A stretch of 64,000 bases of DNA, from NCBI GenBank assembly GCA_965203905.1, contig CBDBDQ010000005.1, positions 7,072,001 through 7,136,000 of the forward strand, in the 5' to 3' direction. Shown one piece after another: positions 59,769 to 64,000 of this stretch; position 1 is the stretch's first letter, and every line of letters begins with the position of its first letter. The notes beneath the pieces are model-generated. The model did no database searches. It was not told where the DNA came from and was given only the letters and a program-made list of their open reading frames with translations. This DNA comes from Spirochaetia bacterium (GTDB taxonomy: Bacteria > Spirochaetota > Spirochaetia > SZUA-6 > Bin103). A program made the position numbers and the translations under genes.

Positions 59769-60298
59769 TGTTAACCACTAGGTCGTAGGTTCCAGTCCTG
59801 TCGGCGGAGCTTAATTCTTTTTGTGCTAATTAATTATAGTCTCTATCATTCCACTAGCGGTTTTTTTCTGCAGAATTCCTTGACAATAACCAGAATGTAT
59901 GATAGCCGTGCATGTATGGGTCTGAGGTATGATCGTTTCGATAGACCTAATCAGATCATCAGTCTTTTTTTAGTCGCGGAGATAATCTATATGGCGCGAC
60001 CGTCGAAGTACCTCGGCGCTTTTACAATGTCAACGTCTAAAATTGTCAGAGTTGAATCCCACCACACTTTGCATGCGTTGAATCTTATTGATTCAATCGT
60101 TACAAAATGTAGCGGAACGGCAGGTTATTTGGAACTACTCGGCAATTGTGGAGTTCTCACACCGTTCGTAAGTAAATACAAGGAGGCAAACCCAAACAAT
60201 ATTAAACTGGTACGCAATAGGTCCTTTCGAAGATTGCTGGCCTGATTGCAGGCATTGGCAATTCAATAACGTCAGACTCTGAAAAGCTAAGGGCGAAG

Positions 60299-61621
60299 GT
60301 GATGAAGCAAAACATTAGGTTACTTGGCGCGATGTTATGTGTTTTTTTTGTCGGAGCAATTCCGCTGTTTGCCAGCGCCGCTCAAGAAGGTGGACAAAGC
60401 TCAACAGCGGAAAAGATGAAAATTGTGATGTGGGATTGGCATACACCTCGCATGGACGGATTAAGACCGATGGCCGAAGAGTATCAAAAATTGAATCCTC
60501 ATATCGAGTTTGAAACGATGGTTATGCCGAGTGACGAATACTGGAAGAAAGTACTGGCCAGCTCGGTATCGAGAGATTTTGCCGTTGATATTTTTCAAAT
60601 CGCAAACAATCGGATTGCGGAGTTATCGAATTATATCACCCCGTATCCAGAGGATATGTTCCCCATGGCACAACTGAAAGAGGAGTATCCTGCCATAGAT
60701 ATCCTTCTCTACAACGACAAGCTGTATATGTGGCCCTTGGGTATCATGTCGTCGGCGATTTACTACAATGCTGACATGTGGGATGACGCCGGACTGGGAG
60801 CTAGACCCAAAACATGGGACGAGTTGAGAGAAGCAGCAGTGCAACTCACCCAGTATGATGGAGACAATGTAAGTGTTGCGGGATTTGGATTCACCGGTGA
60901 CGGCTACATGCAGTTCATTTGGGGAGATATGCTCTATCAAAAGGGCGGTTGGTACTACAATGAAGATGGTGCTAAAGTCGATGATTCCTGGATTCAGTCT
61001 CCTGGCGTAGAGGCGCTGGAATACCTCAAGGATATGGTTTTCGAGGATCGTGTTACCGAACCAGGATTCTTGGGATTTCTCGAAGCTTTCGGAACCGATC
61101 GAGCCGCCATGGTCTACGCATGGACCTGGTTTACTGGATTCCTGAATACTACTCATCCTGACAAGAACTACTATGTGTCTGCCTTGCCTACATTTACCGG
61201 GAGCCCATTACCTGCGGTTGCTCGTAATGATCCATCGAGTCTATCTTCTGTAATCTCCTCAGACGAGGATAAGATTCCCGAAATCTTCAAGTTTCTGAAA
61301 TGGATGTTTGACGATGATGACTATCTGATCAACATGAATATCACGCAGTCGGTAATACCGTTGAAGAAGGAATTATTGAAAGACCCAAGAATCGCGGATG
61401 ATCCAGTCATCAGTGAGCTTATCAAGGTGTCTTCCTATACGGTCTATCCGGGCGAATACTCAGTGTGTCTTGGACCTTCGATGTCGAATATTGAAGCGAG
61501 GATCTTCCAGGGTATGTCAGCGCAGGAAACAATGGAAGTCGTGAAGGCCGAGATAGATGTGTGTTTGGAAGACACTCCAACGACATGGGTCGTGGAACGG
61601 AGATATCAACCGGGCCTCTAG
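60299..61621 (+). CDS. Carbohydrate ABC solute-binding protein (low-GC island)
   Basis: Signal peptide and YYNADMW...PKTWDEL motif. Confidence 0.88.
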   Translation: MMKQNIRLLGAMLCVFFVGAIPLFASAAQEGGQSSTAEKMKIVMWDWHTPRMDGLRPMAEEYQKLNPHIEFETMVMPSDEYWKKVLASSVSRDFAVDIFQIANNRIAELSNYITPYPEDMFPMAQLKEEYPAIDILLYNDKLYMWPLGIMSSAIYYNADMWDDAGLGARPKTWDELREAAVQLTQYDGDNVSVAGFGFTGDGYMQFIWGDMLYQKGGWYYNEDGAKVDDSWIQSPGVEALEYLKDMVFEDRVTEPGFLGFLEAFGTDRAAMVYAWTWFTGFLNTTHPDKNYYVSALPTFTGSPLPAVARNDPSSLSSVISSDEDKIPEIFKFLKWMFDDDDYLINMNITQSVIPLKKELLKDPRIADDPVISELIKVSSYTVYPGEYSVCLGPSMSNIEARIFQGMSAQETMEVVKAEIDVCLEDTPTTWVVERRYQPGL

Positions 61622-61646
61622 TCCACAACTAGGAAGTATTCACTTG

Positions 61647-61684
61647 AAAAGGGGCTTTCCACTTCACGGAGCGCCCCTTTTTTT
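61647..61684 (+). terminator. Terminator-like hairpin between the binding-protein and permease genes
   Basis: AAAAGGGGC...GCCCC followed by T7. Confidence 0.7.
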
Positions 61685-61756
61685 GAAGTTCTCCTCACAG
61701 GTGGAGCTCAACCTGAGGAGAGCCTCATACTTGATTTTGGTACAAGGAAATTTCAC

Positions 61757-62680
61757 ATGTCTGTTGCTGAAAAAATCAAGAGCAACTTGAATCCGGGAAA
61801 GCTGATAATTCTGGTAGCCATTGTACCGTGCATGATCTACTACCTAATCTTCTATCACGGCGCAATGTTCTATGCGTTTTATCTTAGCTTCACGAACTGG
61901 CAATTAGGAGTGGACACCAAATTCATAAAACTCGATAACTTCGTAAGAATCTTTACTGCCGACAATCTGTTCTTCAAATCCCTGGTCAACACATTGTACT
62001 ATACAGTCTTCACCGTCCCGGTTGGAACGGTTCTCGCCATTTTTGTGGCTTCTCTCATCAACGGTCAAGGGAGAAAGCTGGCAAGTGCATTTAGAATCAT
62101 ATACTTCATTCCGGTTGTTACTTCGTTGGTTGCTGTCGCCGTCGTGTGGAAATGGCTGTATCAGCCAAGCTTCGGCCTTATAAACCAAGTTCTCGGTATA
62201 TTCGGCTTTCGCAAGGTTATGTGGTTATCATCGCCATCCGTTGCGATGTTAAGCGTAATGATAATGAGCATATGGCGTGATCTCGGATTCAAGGCAGTTA
62301 TCATCATGGCTGCGCTTCAGGGGATTCCCAGGACGTATTTTGAGGCCGCCATGATTGATGGAGCTCAAAAGGTACAAATATTCCTGAAAATAACCATCCC
62401 CCTGATATTTCCGGCCATTACTTTCATCGCGGTCACTGGGATGATTAGTGCCATGCAGGTGTTCACTGAGATGCATGTCATGATGAGTTCGAATCACATG
62501 AGTATAGGCGCATCAGGGCCCCTGGATTCAACAAGAACTGTCGTCGTGCACTTGTATGAACGAGCCTTTTCTCGATACAGAATGGGCTACGCCTCTGCTA
62601 CGGCGATACTCCTCTTTATAATCATATTAGCCATGTCACTCATTCAACTTCGTATAATGGAAAAGAGAACGAGAATTTAG
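61757..62680 (+). CDS. Carbohydrate ABC permease
   Basis: YFEAAMIDGA and MGYASA motifs. Confidence 0.9.
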   Translation: MSVAEKIKSNLNPGKLIILVAIVPCMIYYLIFYHGAMFYAFYLSFTNWQLGVDTKFIKLDNFVRIFTADNLFFKSLVNTLYYTVFTVPVGTVLAIFVASLINGQGRKLASAFRIIYFIPVVTSLVAVAVVWKWLYQPSFGLINQVLGIFGFRKVMWLSSPSVAMLSVMIMSIWRDLGFKAVIIMAALQGIPRTYFEAAMIDGAQKVQIFLKITIPLIFPAITFIAVTGMISAMQVFTEMHVMMSSNHMSIGASGPLDSTRTVVVHLYERAFSRYRMGYASATAILLFIIILAMSLIQLRIMEKRTRI

Positions 62681-62691
62681 CGTGAGGCCAA

Positions 62692-63525
62692 GTGATGATA
62701 CGTATGGCACAAGATAGATCAAGTTTCATAGCTACTGTTATCCTTGTGTTGGGCTCCGTAATTATGGTGTTCCCATTAATCTGGATGATAAGTACTGCGT
62801 TCAAGATTCCTTCTCAGATAATCAGCTATCCGCCAAATATTTTACCTAAACCGCCTACGCTCCAGCACTTCGACCGTTTACTCGAAGTGCCATACTTCGG
62901 AAGCAGTTTCTTGAACAGCGCATATATAGCATCTCTGGTAGCTGCAATCAGCGTATTTACCAGTACCTTGGTGGGTTATGTATTCGCAAAGTTCAGGTTC
63001 TTTGGTCGAGATGTCATATTCATCATGATTCTGTCTACCATGATGATACCCTTTCCGGTCATAATGATTCCGCTATTTCTGGTGGTCTCCACACTAGGTT
63101 TTGGTAATAGTCATGCGGCCTTGGTCGTGCCTTTTTTATACAGCACATTTGGTATTTTTCTTATGAGGCAGTTCATGTCGACGGTACCAAACGAACTCAG
63201 AGAGGCAGCGATCATTGAAGGTTGTACCGAGTTCCGGGCTTTTAGGAGTATCATTTTACCACAGTGCATGCCCGCTATTTCTGCGTTATCAATATTTCAA
63301 TTTATGTGGCATTGGGAGAGCTTCGTGTGGCCTCTGATAGTGATTCAAAGTACTGCGAAATTCACGTTGCCGGTTTTTCTCGCGACATTTTCGAATGAGT
63401 GGTGGACAGATTACGGATTGGTAATGGCCGGAGCCACGATAACAATACTCCCAATACTCATCGTGTTTTTCTTTTTTCAGAAGCAAATTATCCGAGGCAT
63501 GGCTCTCACGGGACTAAAGCTGTAA
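62692..63525 (+). CDS. Carbohydrate ABC permease
   Basis: LREAAIIEGC, WESFVWP and FQKQIIRG motifs. Confidence 0.9.
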   Translation: MMIRMAQDRSSFIATVILVLGSVIMVFPLIWMISTAFKIPSQIISYPPNILPKPPTLQHFDRLLEVPYFGSSFLNSAYIASLVAAISVFTSTLVGYVFAKFRFFGRDVIFIMILSTMMIPFPVIMIPLFLVVSTLGFGNSHAALVVPFLYSTFGIFLMRQFMSTVPNELREAAIIEGCTEFRAFRSIILPQCMPAISALSIFQFMWHWESFVWPLIVIQSTAKFTLPVFLATFSNEWWTDYGLVMAGATITILPILIVFFFFQKQIIRGMALTGLKL

Positions 63526-64000
63526 ATCTAACAGAAAGTCGCTTGGCCGAAGGAGAGTTGCATAAGACAATTGTGAGGCTATCCGAGGACTGTCAGTGAA
63601 TTAGGGTAGGCGACTTCCTTCGTAAGGCCGCCTCCGGTGCTCAAAGCCTTTCGTTGCTAGTGTGCCGAAATGCTGACACTCCAGAGAGATCACCCTGGCC
63701 GGTGGACATCATCCACGAAAGCCGCTTTTCCGGAATAGCCGAATGTGCGATGAAGGCTCGGTTGTGAACCTGTCGCAATTCCCACCGTATATGTTTGGAA
63801 AACACGTAAAATACCAGGTAGGCATTGGGCCATTCGGCGAACGCCGGGCTTTGCAAATGCGTTCCTCCATCGCCGCGCATCATTTCGGTCCAGTGACCGT
63901 TTCCATTGATGAAGAGAAACGAATCCGGGTGTGCAAGCGCTTCCTCCTCATCCTTCTGACGGCTCCCCCAATCCAGCAGACGGAAACCTGCGGAGGAGAC

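Noticed and set aside
59823-60245. 140-aa ORF upstream of the low-GC binding protein
   Set aside because: No recognisable motif or Shine-Dalgarno; more likely regulatory DNA.
63600-64000. Gene or transposase fragment at the window end
   Set aside because: None of the frames read gave a recognisable protein; the adjacent window is needed.

Overview
GC-rich bacterial chromosome segment, possibly from a high-GC Spirochaetota member (inferred only from the style of the solute-binding-protein N-termini). The backbone is nutrient scavenging: one Liv-type, three carbohydrate-type and one Dpp-type ABC importer, three PhyH dioxygenases, glycoside hydrolase/sialidase/lyase-like enzymes, aminotransferases and an S9 peptidase. 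Small defence and toxin-antitoxin (TA) cassettes are interspersed with no integrase nearby. Four signals stand out. (1) An NYN ribonuclease gene is preceded by a promoter, a ~75-nt three-hairpin RNA and an intrinsic terminator, which is a type III TA-like layout, and the cassette sits inside a diverged duplicated gene junction. (2) A complete 2591-bp IS66 element (17-bp TIRs, 8-bp TSD) carries a DUF4338/Mom-like gene instead of tnpA/tnpB and interrupts a solute-binding-protein gene. (3) In four separate modules (HicA, HNH, HEPN, PIN) the toxic nuclease has lost its core by internal deletion. (4) A type II restriction-modification pair, five P-loop ATPase cassettes and two low-GC islands are present. 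No rRNA, tRNA or CRISPR array was seen. All family assignments come from motif recognition by eye; no database searches were run.
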